Part shown: one piece after another, positions 21,058 to 30,528 of the stretch
Position numbering within the stretch: position 1 is the first letter of the stretch
How the letters are laid out: each line of letters opens with the position of its first letter
Source of the DNA: Alphaproteobacteria bacterium
GTDB taxonomy: Bacteria; Pseudomonadota; Alphaproteobacteria; CALKHQ01
Reading direction: 5' to 3'
Length of the DNA: 64,000 bases
Assembly: GCA_965227515.1 (NCBI GenBank)
Contig: CBDDFZ010000001.1
Location: 1,280,001-1,344,000, forward strand
The notes under the pieces: model-generated
What the model was told of the DNA's origin: nothing
Database searches by the model: none
What the model saw: the letters and a program-made list of their open reading frames with translations, nothing else
Translations under genes and position numbers: made by a program

Positions 21058-21750
21058 TCAGGTGAATTCGGAGATCTGCGCCCGCAGCCGGGATACGTCG
21101 GACACCAGGATGCGGCGTTGGCTGACCTCCATGATGCCCTGCGACGCCAGATAGTTCAGCTCGCGCGTCACCGCCTCGCGGTGTGTGCTCACCCTGAGCG
21201 CCAGTTCCTGGTGGGTCGGCGCCGGGTCGATGACCGCCTCGTTGCCGCCGCAGCCGACCGCCTCGCACAGCCGCAGGATCTCGGCCTGCACGCGCAGGCG
21301 GACCGGCAAGGTGGAATATTCGAACACGCGCCGCGACAGGCCACGGATCTTCATCACCAGCAGCTCGCACAGCTTCAGGCCAACCACCGGATAGGTCTCG
21401 ATGACGTGGCGGAATGCTTCCGAGTCCATGCGTGCGATCAGTGACGGTTCGGTGGCCACGACAGTGGCGGACCGCGGCGCGCCGTCGATGGCGGAAAATT
21501 CGCCGAACAACTCGCCGGCGAAGATGTCGAGATAGGGCACTTCCTTGCCGCCGCTGGAAAATCGCTTGGCCTGGGCCGCGCCCTCGACAATGAAGAAGAT
21601 GTCGCTGGTCGGCTCGTCCTGGCCCAGGATCTGGCGGCCGGCGGAGTAACGCGCCCACTTGCAGGCCTGGCCCACGTCTTCCGCATCCTCCACCGACAAG
21701 CCGGCGAAGATGGAGATGCCTTGCAACAGACCGGACCGGCCGCCCGACAT
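21058..21750 (-). CDS. Crp/Fnr family transcriptional regulator
   Basis: cNMP-binding motif FGEFSAIDGAPRSATV; HTH PTHQELA...THREAVTREL with CRP-like R-E-x-x-x-R. Confidence 0.92.
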   Translation of the reverse strand: MSGGRSGLLQGISIFAGLSVEDAEDVGQACKWARYSAGRQILGQDEPTSDIFFIVEGAAQAKRFSSGGKEVPYLDIFAGELFGEFSAIDGAPRSATVVATEPSLIARMDSEAFRHVIETYPVVGLKLCELLVMKIRGLSRRVFEYSTLPVRLRVQAEILRLCEAVGCGGNEAVIDPAPTHQELALRVSTHREAVTRELNYLASQGIMEVSQRRILVSDVSRLRAQISEFT

Positions 21751-22055
21751 GACGCTGCCCCTCCGCGCCTTGTACGTGGTGCCAAATTGCGCCGGCCAAG
21801 ACCCGCGATCGTCGATGCGGTGCTTATTGCTGGCGCGCGAACCTATCTAACACTGCACGAACAAGTGTAACGCGGCTTCGCGTCATGTGCGTAGCGCCAT
21901 GTCGCACCGGGATGCGGGCGCGGCCGCGCCTGCGATCACAAGAACGTGAGGGGTGGCAGTTCGTTTGAAGTTCGGCGCCGGCACCGAATTCGCAAACGGT
22001 TTGCCTAGACCGTTTCTCGCTTACGCTGAGTCGGCACCGTCCCGTACCCACCTTT

Positions 22056-22191
22056 GTCATCCTTGACCGGCGCACCCGGAACTTGTTCGGGGCGCCGTGT
22101 CGAGGATCCATGGTTGGCATCGCGCAAACGGTGGAATGGATCTCCGGCGCTCGGCCCGTCGCTTCGCTTGGACCTCGGCCGAGGATGACAA
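22056..22191. repeat. REP-like palindrome pair (family 2) with expanded loops
   Basis: tgtcatccttgacc[insert]gtcgaggatccat ... atggatctccggc[insert]ggccgaggatgaca; same terminal words as the 10963 element. Confidence 0.65.
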
Positions 22192-22282
22192 TGGAGCGGA
22201 TGTTGGTCCGCTGCAACCTGAGGTCACTTTGGCCCGACCAGCGACCTGGCCTGACGGCGGTACAAGTTTGACGCCCGACGCT

Positions 22283-22891
22283 CTACGCTGCCGCGAAATC
22301 CTGGCCCAGGGCGGCGCGGACCTCCTCGGGCATCACCGCCATGTGCTGATAGGCCTGGTGGCGGAAACCCAGCACCACCTGGGTGCCCGGCGCGCGGAAC
22401 GCGGCAATCTGGGCGTCGGTGAACGGGAAATGCACGAACTGAACCGCGCTTGCCTTGCCGTCCGCGGTGGTGCGGTCGACGTCATCGGCGGCCACGCCCT
22501 TGATCTCGTCACCGGCGACCGAGAGCACCACGGTCTCCTCGATGCCGCCCAGCCGCGAAAGCGCCGCCTGGCGCCGGGTGCGGTCGTCGATCTCCAGCAT
22601 GATGGTGGCGACCAGCTCGCGGCCGTTCGGCACCAGCGGGTTGTAGGCGGCCAGTTCGTCGGCGATCTGCTCCTCGCCGCCACGCTCGATGAACAGCATC
22701 TCGTGGATCTGATGCAGCATCGTCTCGAAGCTCTCGAAATAGAAGGTCGCGAACGGGCCAACCTCCATGCGGCGGTGGCGCTTCACGCCGGCCATGGCGG
22801 TGCGCCGCTCCTTGCGCACGGCCTCATAGTCGGCCATGGGCATGATGTCGTCGCGCGTGATCTCTGTCCTCAGAGCCATTGTCTCATCCAT
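22283..22891 (-). CDS. DUF3501 family protein
   Basis: RRMEVGP.ATFYFE, QIHEML.IE, ELAAYNPLVP, ASAVQFVHF; third gene of a rubrerythrin cluster. Confidence 0.88.
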   Translation of the reverse strand: MDETMALRTEITRDDIMPMADYEAVRKERRTAMAGVKRHRRMEVGPFATFYFESFETMLHQIHEMLFIERGGEEQIADELAAYNPLVPNGRELVATIMLEIDDRTRRQAALSRLGGIEETVVLSVAGDEIKGVAADDVDRTTADGKASAVQFVHFPFTDAQIAAFRAPGTQVVLGFRHQAYQHMAVMPEEVRAALGQDFAAA

Positions 22892-22933
22892 CCTGAATTC
22901 TTGGGCCTGAATTCTTGGGCCTGAAATTCTGGG
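22892..22933. repeat. 3 x 14-bp tandem repeat immediately upstream of the DUF3501 start
   Basis: cctgaattcttggg twice, then cctgaaattctggg. Confidence 0.85.
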
Positions 22934-22978
22934 CCCAATCGTGTGGGCCGGAATGTTCGCAGCGTTGGAGCGTCGCCC

Positions 22979-24331
22979 TCAGGCGAGGCCGTAGGCGCGC
23001 GCGAACAGCTCGATCGGGTGCGGCGCGGTGGCCGGCACCTTGCTGCCCCCGTCATCCTTGGCGGCCAGCCGTTCCATGCCCTGCACGATATGGTCGCCGG
23101 CCAGCGGGCATTCCGAGGCGACATGCGCCTTGGTGCTCTCCAGGGCCTTGCGCGCGACCGGACGGCCGACCTTCAACGCGACCTCGAAATTCTCCTTCAT
23201 GATGCCCCACGAGCCGCCATGGCCGGAGCAGCGCTCCACCACTTCAAGGTCGGCATCGGGGATCAGGCGCATCATCTCGGCCGCCTTCTGGCCCATGTTC
23301 TGCGCCCGCGCGTGGCAGGCGATGTGCAGCGCCACGCCGCCGTCCAGCGGCTTCAGGCCGTCGGCCAGCCCTTCCTTGCGCGCGATATCGACCACGTACT
23401 CGGTGATGTCGAAGGTGGCCTGCGACAGCCGTTTCACACCCTCGTCCTCGGGCAGGATCAGCGGCCACTCGAACTTCAGCATCAGCGCGCACGACGGCAC
23501 CAGGGCGATGACGTCCCAGCCGTCGGCGATCTTGGCGGCCAGCGCCTGGGAGATCGTGCGCGCCCGCTCGGCCACGTTCTCGATGTTGCCGTGCTCCAGT
23601 TGCGGCATGCCGCAGCAGGTCGGGTACATCACCTCGGTCTCGACGCCGTTGTGTGCCAGCACATTGCGCGCGGCCACCCCGATGTCGGGATTGTTGTAGT
23701 TGGCGAAGCAGGTGGCGTAGATCACCGCCTTGCGGCCGTGGGCCGGCGCCTTGGCGTTCACCTGCGGCGGGTTGCTCTTCGCCCGCGCGGTGAAGGTCTT
23801 GCCGTGATACTTCGGCAGTGCCGCGTCGCGGTCCACGCCGGCGACCGATTCCATCAGCTTCCGCGTGGTCTTGTTCTCGCGCTTGGTCGCCCAGTTGGCC
23901 AGGCCCGGCGCCATGCCGGCCAGCTTGCCGTTGCGGTCGGTCTTGGTGAGCTGGTTCGCCCAGGTGCCGGTCTTGCCCTGCTTGTGCTCGATGGCGCGGG
24001 CGCGCAGCATCAAGTGCGGAAAATCGATCTGGAACTCGTGCGGCGGCACGTAGGGGCACTTGCTCATGAAGCACATATCGCAGAGCGTGCACGCCTGGAC
24101 GACCGGCGCGAAATCCTTGCTGTCGACGCTGTCCAGTTCGCCGGTCTTCGACTCGTCGATCAGGTCGAACAGGCGCGGGAAGCTGTCGCACAGATTGAAG
24201 CACAGCCGACAGCCGTGGCAGACGTCGAACACACGCCGCAGCTCGGCGTCGAGCTTCTCAGTGTCGTAGAAATCCGGGTTCTGCCATTCGATTGGATGGC
24301 GAACCGGCGCATCGAGGCTGCCTTCGCGCAT
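22979..24331 (-). CDS. Rubrerythrin-associated Fe-S oxidoreductase (GlpC/HdrD-like)
   Basis: MREGSLDAP start; CHGCRLCFNLC, CTLCDMC..KCPY, CCGMP, HIACH, CSGHGG, SECPL. Confidence 0.88.
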   Translation of the reverse strand: MREGSLDAPVRHPIEWQNPDFYDTEKLDAELRRVFDVCHGCRLCFNLCDSFPRLFDLIDESKTGELDSVDSKDFAPVVQACTLCDMCFMSKCPYVPPHEFQIDFPHLMLRARAIEHKQGKTGTWANQLTKTDRNGKLAGMAPGLANWATKRENKTTRKLMESVAGVDRDAALPKYHGKTFTARAKSNPPQVNAKAPAHGRKAVIYATCFANYNNPDIGVAARNVLAHNGVETEVMYPTCCGMPQLEHGNIENVAERARTISQALAAKIADGWDVIALVPSCALMLKFEWPLILPEDEGVKRLSQATFDITEYVVDIARKEGLADGLKPLDGGVALHIACHARAQNMGQKAAEMMRLIPDADLEVVERCSGHGGSWGIMKENFEVALKVGRPVARKALESTKAHVASECPLAGDHIVQGMERLAAKDDGGSKVPATAPHPIELFARAYGLA

Positions 24332-24459
24332 CGGCGGCTCCCCAACGATCAGGCCCAACGATCAGGATTGGGACGAAACGGCTGGATTGGGAGAACGCTT
24401 GGCGGTGCCGCAGGCACACCGAGGTGTGCGCCGCGGCGCCACTCAAGCACTCAATTCAG

Positions 24460-24507
24460 CGTCGGGCCATCCTGGCGGCGGTTTCCCGGCCAGGGTGGCC
24501 CGACGAT
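24460..24507 (-). terminator. Stem-loop downstream of rubrerythrin
   Basis: tcgggccatcctggc...gccagggtggcccga inverted repeat between rbr and the oxidoreductase; no strong U-tract. Confidence 0.45.
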
Positions 24508-24516
24508 GTCAGGCGG

Positions 24517-24936
24517 TCAGCCCAGCTCGTTCAGAGCGCGCTGGAAACGGCCGGCGTGAGACTTCTCGGCCTTGGCCAGGGTCTCGAACCAGTCGGCAAT
24601 CTCGTCAAAGCCCTCTTCACGCGCGGTGCGGGCCATGCCGGGGTACATATCGGTGTACTCGTGGGTCTCGCCCGCGATCGCCGACTTCAGGTTGTCCGAG
24701 GTCGAGCCGATCGGCTCACCGGTGGCCGGGTCGCCGACTTCGCGCAGGAAGTCCAGGTGACCATGGGCATGGCCGGTCTCGCCTTCCGCCGTCGAGCGGA
24801 ACACCGCTGCGACGTCGTTGTGGCCTTCCACGTCAGCCTTCTGGGCGAAGTAAAGATAGCGGCGGTTCGCCTGCGATTCGCCGGCAAACGCGTCCTTCAG
24901 GTTTTGCTCGGTACCAGTTCCACTCAACGATGGCAT
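24517..24936 (-). CDS. rbr: Short rubrerythrin (no rubredoxin domain)
   Basis: [47 protein letters not shown]. Confidence 0.93.
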   Translation of the reverse strand: MPSLSGTGTEQNLKDAFAGESQANRRYLYFAQKADVEGHNDVAAVFRSTAEGETGHAHGHLDFLREVGDPATGEPIGSTSDNLKSAIAGETHEYTDMYPGMARTAREEGFDEIADWFETLAKAEKSHAGRFQRALNELG

Positions 24937-25057
24937 CATAACCCTCCCGTCTTGAATTCGAATGCCGTTGGACGACCGATGCATGACCTTGCGGAGTCAT
25001 TCCAACCTGCAAAAACCAAGGTTGATGATTATAACCGCGCACTCGCGCTGTCAACAG

Positions 25058-25074
25058 ATTAGAATTATTCTAGA
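25058..25074. promoter_or_regulatory. ICE (Irr-binding) box upstream of rubrerythrin
   Basis: ATTAGAA-tta-TTCTAGA versus consensus TTTAGAA-N3-TTCTAAA; irr is adjacent. Confidence 0.75.
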
Positions 25075-25135
25075 TATATGTGACCTGCGGTCGCAGGCGG
25101 CGAAACAGGCAGTTCGAGAAGGGTGTTTTGGCGGG

Positions 25136-25561
25136 TCAGCGCGTGCGCACGCGCACGATCACGTTGATGTCCGCGATGTCGTGGCCGTCGGGTGCTGCCG
25201 GCAGCTTATCGAACGACACGTCCTCGGGCTCGATGTCGGTGATCTGCCCGGAGTCCTCGTAGAAGAAGTGGTGATGCACGCTGGTGTTGGTATCGAAGTA
25301 CACCCGGCCCGGCTCTACCAGCACCTCGCGCAACAGGCCGGCTGCCGTGAACTGGTGCAGCGCGTTGTAGACCGTGGCGAGCGAGATGCTGTTGCCGGCG
25401 CGGCGCGCCTCGTCGTGCAACTGCTCGGCCGAGACGTGACGCGGGCCGGTGGCGTATAGCAAATCCGCCAGCGCGACGCGTTGACGCGTCGGCCGCAGGC
25501 CAGCCTCACGCAGCCGCTCCGATATGGCTTCTTGCCGATCCATTTCCATCATGGCGTTCAT
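25136..25561 (-). CDS. irr: Fur-family iron response regulator Irr
   Basis: AGLRPTRQR, RHVSAEQLH, SLATVYN.LHQF, YFDTNTSVHHHFF (Irr-type HHH). Confidence 0.85.
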   Translation of the reverse strand: MNAMMEMDRQEAISERLREAGLRPTRQRVALADLLYATGPRHVSAEQLHDEARRAGNSISLATVYNALHQFTAAGLLREVLVEPGRVYFDTNTSVHHHFFYEDSGQITDIEPEDVSFDKLPAAPDGHDIADINVIVRVRTR

Positions 25562-25650
25562 GACATCACCATCCTGCCGCCTCAAGGCACCGGTGCGGGT
25601 ACGCCCGCACCGTCATCAATGCGACAAAATGGTTTGTTCCGCGCCGAAGG

Positions 25651-27048
25651 TCAATTGCCCGTGGAAATTCGGTCCACAAGTTCGCTCACGGTCGGGACGT
25701 AGCCGTTCGAGTAGAACGGGTCTTCAGCGAACCGATAGGCGTTGTGCCCGGCAAACATCAGCTGGTCCTCGAAACGCGGGGAATGGCTGATTTCCTGCAG
25801 CGTCTTCTGGATGCAGAACGAGCGCGGATCGGCCTTGCGCCCGGTGGAATAGGGCTCCACCTGCGACCAGTTCGAGAACGCGCAACTGCTGAGGCAGCCC
25901 ATGCAGTCGATCTGATCGGTGCGGATCTGTTGCTGGGTCTCCGGCGTCACGTAGATCAGCGTCGAATCGGGTGTGCGCATGGCCTCGGTATAGCCTTCGG
26001 CCACCCAGGCCTCGGCCCGGGTCTTGTCGTGCGCGGTCACGAAGACCGAGCGCTTGCGCGCGCCGATTGACAGCTCGGTGTCGAGGTCGCCCAGGGGCTC
26101 GGTCGCGTATGCAACCTGCCGGTCGGAGCGCGCGATCAGGTCAGCCATGAAGTCGTTGCGCACCGCCGACGAATAGAAGCCGGTGGGGCTGAACTTGTGC
26201 AGCACCACGTCGCCTTCCTCCAGGCTCAGCAGCCGCTGCTTCCAGGCGTCGGAGATCGGGCTTTCCATGGTCAGCAGCGGACGGGTGCCGAACTGGAACG
26301 CCACCGGCGCCACGTCCGGGTCCTCGATCCAGTCGGCCCATTCGCGCAGGAACCACACGCCGCCGGCCATCACGATCGGCACGTCGTTCAGGCCGAAGCT
26401 GTTCATCATCGCGCGCAAGGCAACGACCCGCGGATACGGGTCCTCCGGCGACTCCGGATCCTCGGCATTCGAAAGGCCGTTATGGCCACCGGCGCGCCAG
26501 GGATCCTCATAGACCACCGCGCCCAGCCACTCCGGGAACTTGTGATAGGCGCGCTTCCACAGCGCACGGAAGGCACGGGCCGACGACACGATCGGATAGT
26601 AGTAGACGCCGTGCTTGGCGCAGATTTCCGACATCTTGTAGGGCATGCCGGCGCCGCAGGTGACCCCGTCGATCAGCTTGCCGACCCGCTCCAGCGCGCC
26701 GCGCAGCACCAGCTCGGCACCCGCCATCTCCCACAGGATGTTCATGTGGATGCGGCCGTTGCCATTGGCGTACTCATAGGCGATGCGCGCCTGGGCGCAG
26801 GCACCGTCGATGGCGTAGGACAGCAGTTCCTCGTGGCGCTCACGCCGGGTGCGGCCGCGATAGACCTGCGGCACCAGATTGCCGTCGGCATCGAACGAAT
26901 CGGCATTGACGCCGGAGAAGGTGCCGACGCCGCCTGCTGCGGCCCAGGCGCCGGAACTGCGCCCGTTGGACACCGAAATTCCCTTGCCGCCCTCGATCAG
27001 GGGCAGGACTTCCTTGCCGGAAAGCTTGATGGGTTGAAGCGACAACAT
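25651..27048 (-). CDS. Nitronate monooxygenase-family FMN oxidoreductase
   Basis: PLIEGGKG, GAGMP, AGGHNG, FQFGTR, SPTGF, C-terminal CMGCLSSC...FCI, LMFAGHN. Confidence 0.85.
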   Translation of the reverse strand: MLSLQPIKLSGKEVLPLIEGGKGISVSNGRSSGAWAAAGGVGTFSGVNADSFDADGNLVPQVYRGRTRRERHEELLSYAIDGACAQARIAYEYANGNGRIHMNILWEMAGAELVLRGALERVGKLIDGVTCGAGMPYKMSEICAKHGVYYYPIVSSARAFRALWKRAYHKFPEWLGAVVYEDPWRAGGHNGLSNAEDPESPEDPYPRVVALRAMMNSFGLNDVPIVMAGGVWFLREWADWIEDPDVAPVAFQFGTRPLLTMESPISDAWKQRLLSLEEGDVVLHKFSPTGFYSSAVRNDFMADLIARSDRQVAYATEPLGDLDTELSIGARKRSVFVTAHDKTRAEAWVAEGYTEAMRTPDSTLIYVTPETQQQIRTDQIDCMGCLSSCAFSNWSQVEPYSTGRKADPRSFCIQKTLQEISHSPRFEDQLMFAGHNAYRFAEDPFYSNGYVPTVSELVDRISTGN

Positions 27049-27175
27049 GCGGCAGTTGGCCTTTCAGATCTCAGTGGTCGGCACGGTTTTGACGTTGTTT
27101 GTGCGGCGCTGCAACGCCGATACCCTTATCTGCGTCCGGCCGGATGCGTTTGACCACACTTAGGGCAAAGTTTTT

Positions 27176-27772
27176 TCAGATTTGCTGGTCCGCCAAGGCT
27201 TTCGCTGCGGCTCGCTGCTCCACGCGGTGGCCGGCAAAGGCCATGATGGCGCCGACCAGGATCAGGGCGGCGAACACCAGCGGCAGCGGGCCGGTCCAGA
27301 AAAATGCCAACGTGACCGCCATCACGATGGCGCAGATGGCGGCGACGGCCGTGGCCGGTGGCACGTACTTGTTGATCAGAACCATGACGGCGGCGACCAG
27401 CAGGATCAGCAGTGCGGCCTGTTGCAGGATGATCCAGATATCTATTTCTGCAGCGCGTGCCAGCGCCTCGCGGGACGCCGCAACCATCTGTTCCAGGAAT
27501 GCGACCGTCTCGGCGGAGACCTCCGGGTCGTCACGATACTGGTCGATCAAGCCGGGCCATTCCGAGATGTTGTCCTCGGTGATGCCGTCGTGCCGAGACA
27601 AGATACCGATTGCCTGAAACGCGTCGTCCGTGCTGGCCGACTGACGCAGCTGCACCAGGTCGCCAACGTCGCCAATGCTTTCCGATATGTCCAAACCGGC
27701 ATCGATGGATGTCTTGAAATAGAACAAGAGCCCGAAGCCGATCAGGAAAATCCCTCCCCATATCCGCAACAT
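27176..27772 (-). CDS. Hypothetical membrane protein
   Basis: N-terminal TM, soluble loop, three C-terminal TM helices; GGGAG RBS. Confidence 0.6.
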   Translation of the reverse strand: MLRIWGGIFLIGFGLLFYFKTSIDAGLDISESIGDVGDLVQLRQSASTDDAFQAIGILSRHDGITEDNISEWPGLIDQYRDDPEVSAETVAFLEQMVAASREALARAAEIDIWIILQQAALLILLVAAVMVLINKYVPPATAVAAICAIVMAVTLAFFWTGPLPLVFAALILVGAIMAFAGHRVEQRAAAKALADQQI

Positions 27773-27844
27773 GGTTGGGCACTCCCAGAATGACGCCGGT
27801 GTCCCGGCCGTCGTGCCGGAAAAGACCAGAGCGTGTTCCGGCTG

Positions 27845-28252
27845 CTACATGCCGCCCATTTGGCAGATGATGTGCCATTCCTCCTCGGTCACCGGCTGGA
27901 TCGACAGCCGCGAGTTCTTGACCAGCACCATGTCGGCCAGTTCGGGCCGCGCCTTGATGTCGGCCAGCGTGACCGGGTTCGGCATCGGCGCCACGGCGGT
28001 GACGTCGACCATGCCGAACTTGGTATCCGGCGCCGATGGGTCCGGATACCAGAGCTTGGAGACCTCGACGATGCCGACGATCCGCTTCTCGTCCACCGAA
28101 TGGTAGAAGAAGCCGCGGTCGCCGATCTGCATCGCCTTCATGTTGTTGTTGGCCTGATGGTTGCGGATGCCGTCCCATTCGGCGGTCCCATCGCGTACCT
28201 GATCGTCCCACGACCAGGCGCCCGGTTCTGACTTCAACAACCAGTAGGCCAT
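27845..28252 (-). CDS. EVE domain protein
   Basis: YWLLKSEP, WDGIRNHQA, GD..FFYHS, SRLSIQPV. Confidence 0.93.
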   Translation of the reverse strand: MAYWLLKSEPGAWSWDDQVRDGTAEWDGIRNHQANNNMKAMQIGDRGFFYHSVDEKRIVGIVEVSKLWYPDPSAPDTKFGMVDVTAVAPMPNPVTLADIKARPELADMVLVKNSRLSIQPVTEEEWHIICQMGGM

Positions 28253-28256
28253 GGGC

Positions 28257-28559
28257 TCAGGCGCCTTCCGCCGCGCTGGCGTTGAAAATGCCCTTGCGCA
28301 TGCGGGTGATGACCACGCTTTCGAACAGGCCGCCCTTGGTGAACGGGTCGTTGGCCGAGAACGCTTCCGCCTCGGCGCGGGTGTCGACGTTCACCACCAG
28401 CAGGCTGCCGGTCATGGTGTCGTCCTCGTCCTGCAACGTGGCGCCGGCCAGCACGATCTTGTCGTTCTGGCTCTTCAGGTACTCCAGGTGCTCCGGCCGC
28501 AGCGACATACGCAGGTCGCCGGTGCCGGGCTTGTCGACGCAGTAGACCGCCCACAGCAT
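28257..28559 (-). CDS. YciI family protein
   Basis: R..LRPEHLEYL, GSLLVV, DPFTKGGLF. Confidence 0.92.
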   Translation of the reverse strand: MLWAVYCVDKPGTGDLRMSLRPEHLEYLKSQNDKIVLAGATLQDEDDTMTGSLLVVNVDTRAEAEAFSANDPFTKGGLFESVVITRMRKGIFNASAAEGA

Positions 28560-28710
28560 GATGTATTCCTCCCCGAATTGGATGGCGTTCTGCCGGGCCG
28601 GATGCAGCCCGGATCGAAACTTGGATGCGGCGGCAAGCTAGCCTAATTCGCCGCGCGTGCAAATCGCCCCAATGCTGACGGCTCAGGACCGACGGCTCAG
28701 TGCTGCCGGC

Positions 28711-29373
28711 TCAGCGTGTGGGCCGTGGCGCGGTGGCCGGCCAGAAGTTGAAGGCGATGGAGATCCGGACCTGGTCGCCGCGATAGGGGCGGACGGCGTG
28801 GCGCACCCACGACGGGAACAGCAGCATGTCGCCGGCGCGCGGCGGGATCATCTCGCTGGCGCCCATCGACACCGCACCGGGTACCGCCGGCACCAGGTCG
28901 GGCGCCAGCATCGCCGGCGCGGCTCCGCGCGGATCGTAGAGCTCGAACTCGCCGCCGAGCGTCGGGTCCGCCTCCGCGCCGCCGGTTTCCACCCAATACG
29001 TGCCGGACCACACCGATCCGGGGTGGATGTGGCCCTCGTTCGCGTTGCCGTACCGGTTGACGTTGGCCCAGATATTGTGGGCCCACTCGATGTTGGTCGG
29101 CTGGCCGGCCCGGGTCTGGGTCATGCGGCCGGCGGTCTGCTTGGCGAGGTCCAGCACTTTGGCGGTGGCCGGCCCGCCCCAGTCCATCATGTCCCAGTCC
29201 GATTGCCAGCCGCCCAGATTCGAATGGTCGGTCGAGGGCGCGGCCTCGGCACGCTTCAGGATCGTGTCCTTCAGCGCGGCGTTCAGGGCAGCCGCGTCGG
29301 GCACGTGCACGATCACCACCGGGGTGGCGAACAACTGCACGACCTGGACTTCGATACTCACCGGCGGGCTCAT
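28711..29373 (-). CDS. TIGR02466-family putative 2OG-Fe(II) oxygenase
   Basis: [55 protein letters not shown]; ATG overlaps tsaD stop. Confidence 0.85.
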   Translation of the reverse strand: MSPPVSIEVQVVQLFATPVVIVHVPDAAALNAALKDTILKRAEAAPSTDHSNLGGWQSDWDMMDWGGPATAKVLDLAKQTAGRMTQTRAGQPTNIEWAHNIWANVNRYGNANEGHIHPGSVWSGTYWVETGGAEADPTLGGEFELYDPRGAAPAMLAPDLVPAVPGAVSMGASEMIPPRAGDMLLFPSWVRHAVRPYRGDQVRISIAFNFWPATAPRPTR

Positions 29374-30467
29374 GGCCGTGCCTCCGTAAGTTGGGGCGTG
29401 TCGGTCCCGGCCGCGACCGCGTCGGGCGGGGCCATTTCCTCCAGCGGCCATCGCGGGCGCGGCACCACGTTGCGCATGCCGGCCTCGCCGGCCATCAGCC
29501 GCTCCAGCCCGGCCCAGGCCACCATCGCCGCGTTGTCGGTGCAAAGCGCCGGTGCCGGCGCGACGAAGGCGAGCCCATGCGCCTCGGCGACGCTGGCAAC
29601 CCGTGTCCGGAGCGTCCGGTTGGCGGCGACACCGCCGGCGACGACCAGCGTCGCGGGTGTGTCGGGCAGTGCCGAAATCGCGTTGGCCAAACGGTCGGCC
29701 ACGATGTCCGACACCGCGTCCAGGAACGCGGCGCACAGATCGGCCCTGGCGTCCGCTGCATCGTCGTCGGGCAGGTCGGCGATGGCTTCGGCGTGGCGGC
29801 GCACCGCCGTCTTCAGGCCGGACAGCGAGAAGTCGCAGCCGGGGCGGCCCAGCATCGGGCGCGGCAGCGAGAACCTGGCGCGCGCGCCGGTTGCGCGCTG
29901 TGCCTCGGCCTCCACCGCCGGACCGCCGGGATAGCCCAGGCCCAACAGCTTGGCTGTCTTGTCGAAGGCCTCGCCGATGGCGTCGTCCAGGGTCCGGCCC
30001 AGCACCTCGTAGCGGCCGACACCGCGCACCATCGCGATCAGGCAATGGCCGCCGGAGGCGAGCAGCAGCAGGTAGGGAAACGCGACATCGTCGGTCAGCC
30101 GCGCGGTCAGCGCATGCGCTTCCAGGTGGTTGACCGCGACGAACGGCACGCCGCGCGCCAGGGCGGCGGCCTGCCCGGCAACCGCGCCGACGATGACGCC
30201 GCCGATCAGGCCGGGCCCGCTGGTGGCCGCGACCCCGTCGACGTCGGCCCAATCGACGCCAGCATCGGCCAGGGCGCGCGCCATCACCCGGTCGATCAGC
30301 TCGACATGGCCGCGCGCCGCCACCTCCGGCACCACGCCGCCATAGGGCGCGTGATCCTCGATCTGGCTGTGGATCGCGTTCGACAGGATGCGCGCATCCG
30401 GCGCGCCGTCGGTAACCACCGCCGCCGCCGTCTCGTCACAGGATGTCTCGATGCCCAAAACGATCAT
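29370..30467 (-). CDS. tsaD: tRNA N6-threonylcarbamoyltransferase TsaD
   Basis: [49 protein letters not shown]. Confidence 0.97.
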   Translation of the reverse strand: MIVLGIETSCDETAAAVVTDGAPDARILSNAIHSQIEDHAPYGGVVPEVAARGHVELIDRVMARALADAGVDWADVDGVAATSGPGLIGGVIVGAVAGQAAALARGVPFVAVNHLEAHALTARLTDDVAFPYLLLLASGGHCLIAMVRGVGRYEVLGRTLDDAIGEAFDKTAKLLGLGYPGGPAVEAEAQRATGARARFSLPRPMLGRPGCDFSLSGLKTAVRRHAEAIADLPDDDAADARADLCAAFLDAVSDIVADRLANAISALPDTPATLVVAGGVAANRTLRTRVASVAEAHGLAFVAPAPALCTDNAAMVAWAGLERLMAGEAGMRNVVPRPRWPLEEMAPPDAVAAGTDTPQLTEARP

Positions 30468-30528
30468 CTGTCGCCTTCGCTTGTCATGCATGCTGGCAGA
30501 TTGGCCCTCCAGCCGCTAGGTACAGGAA

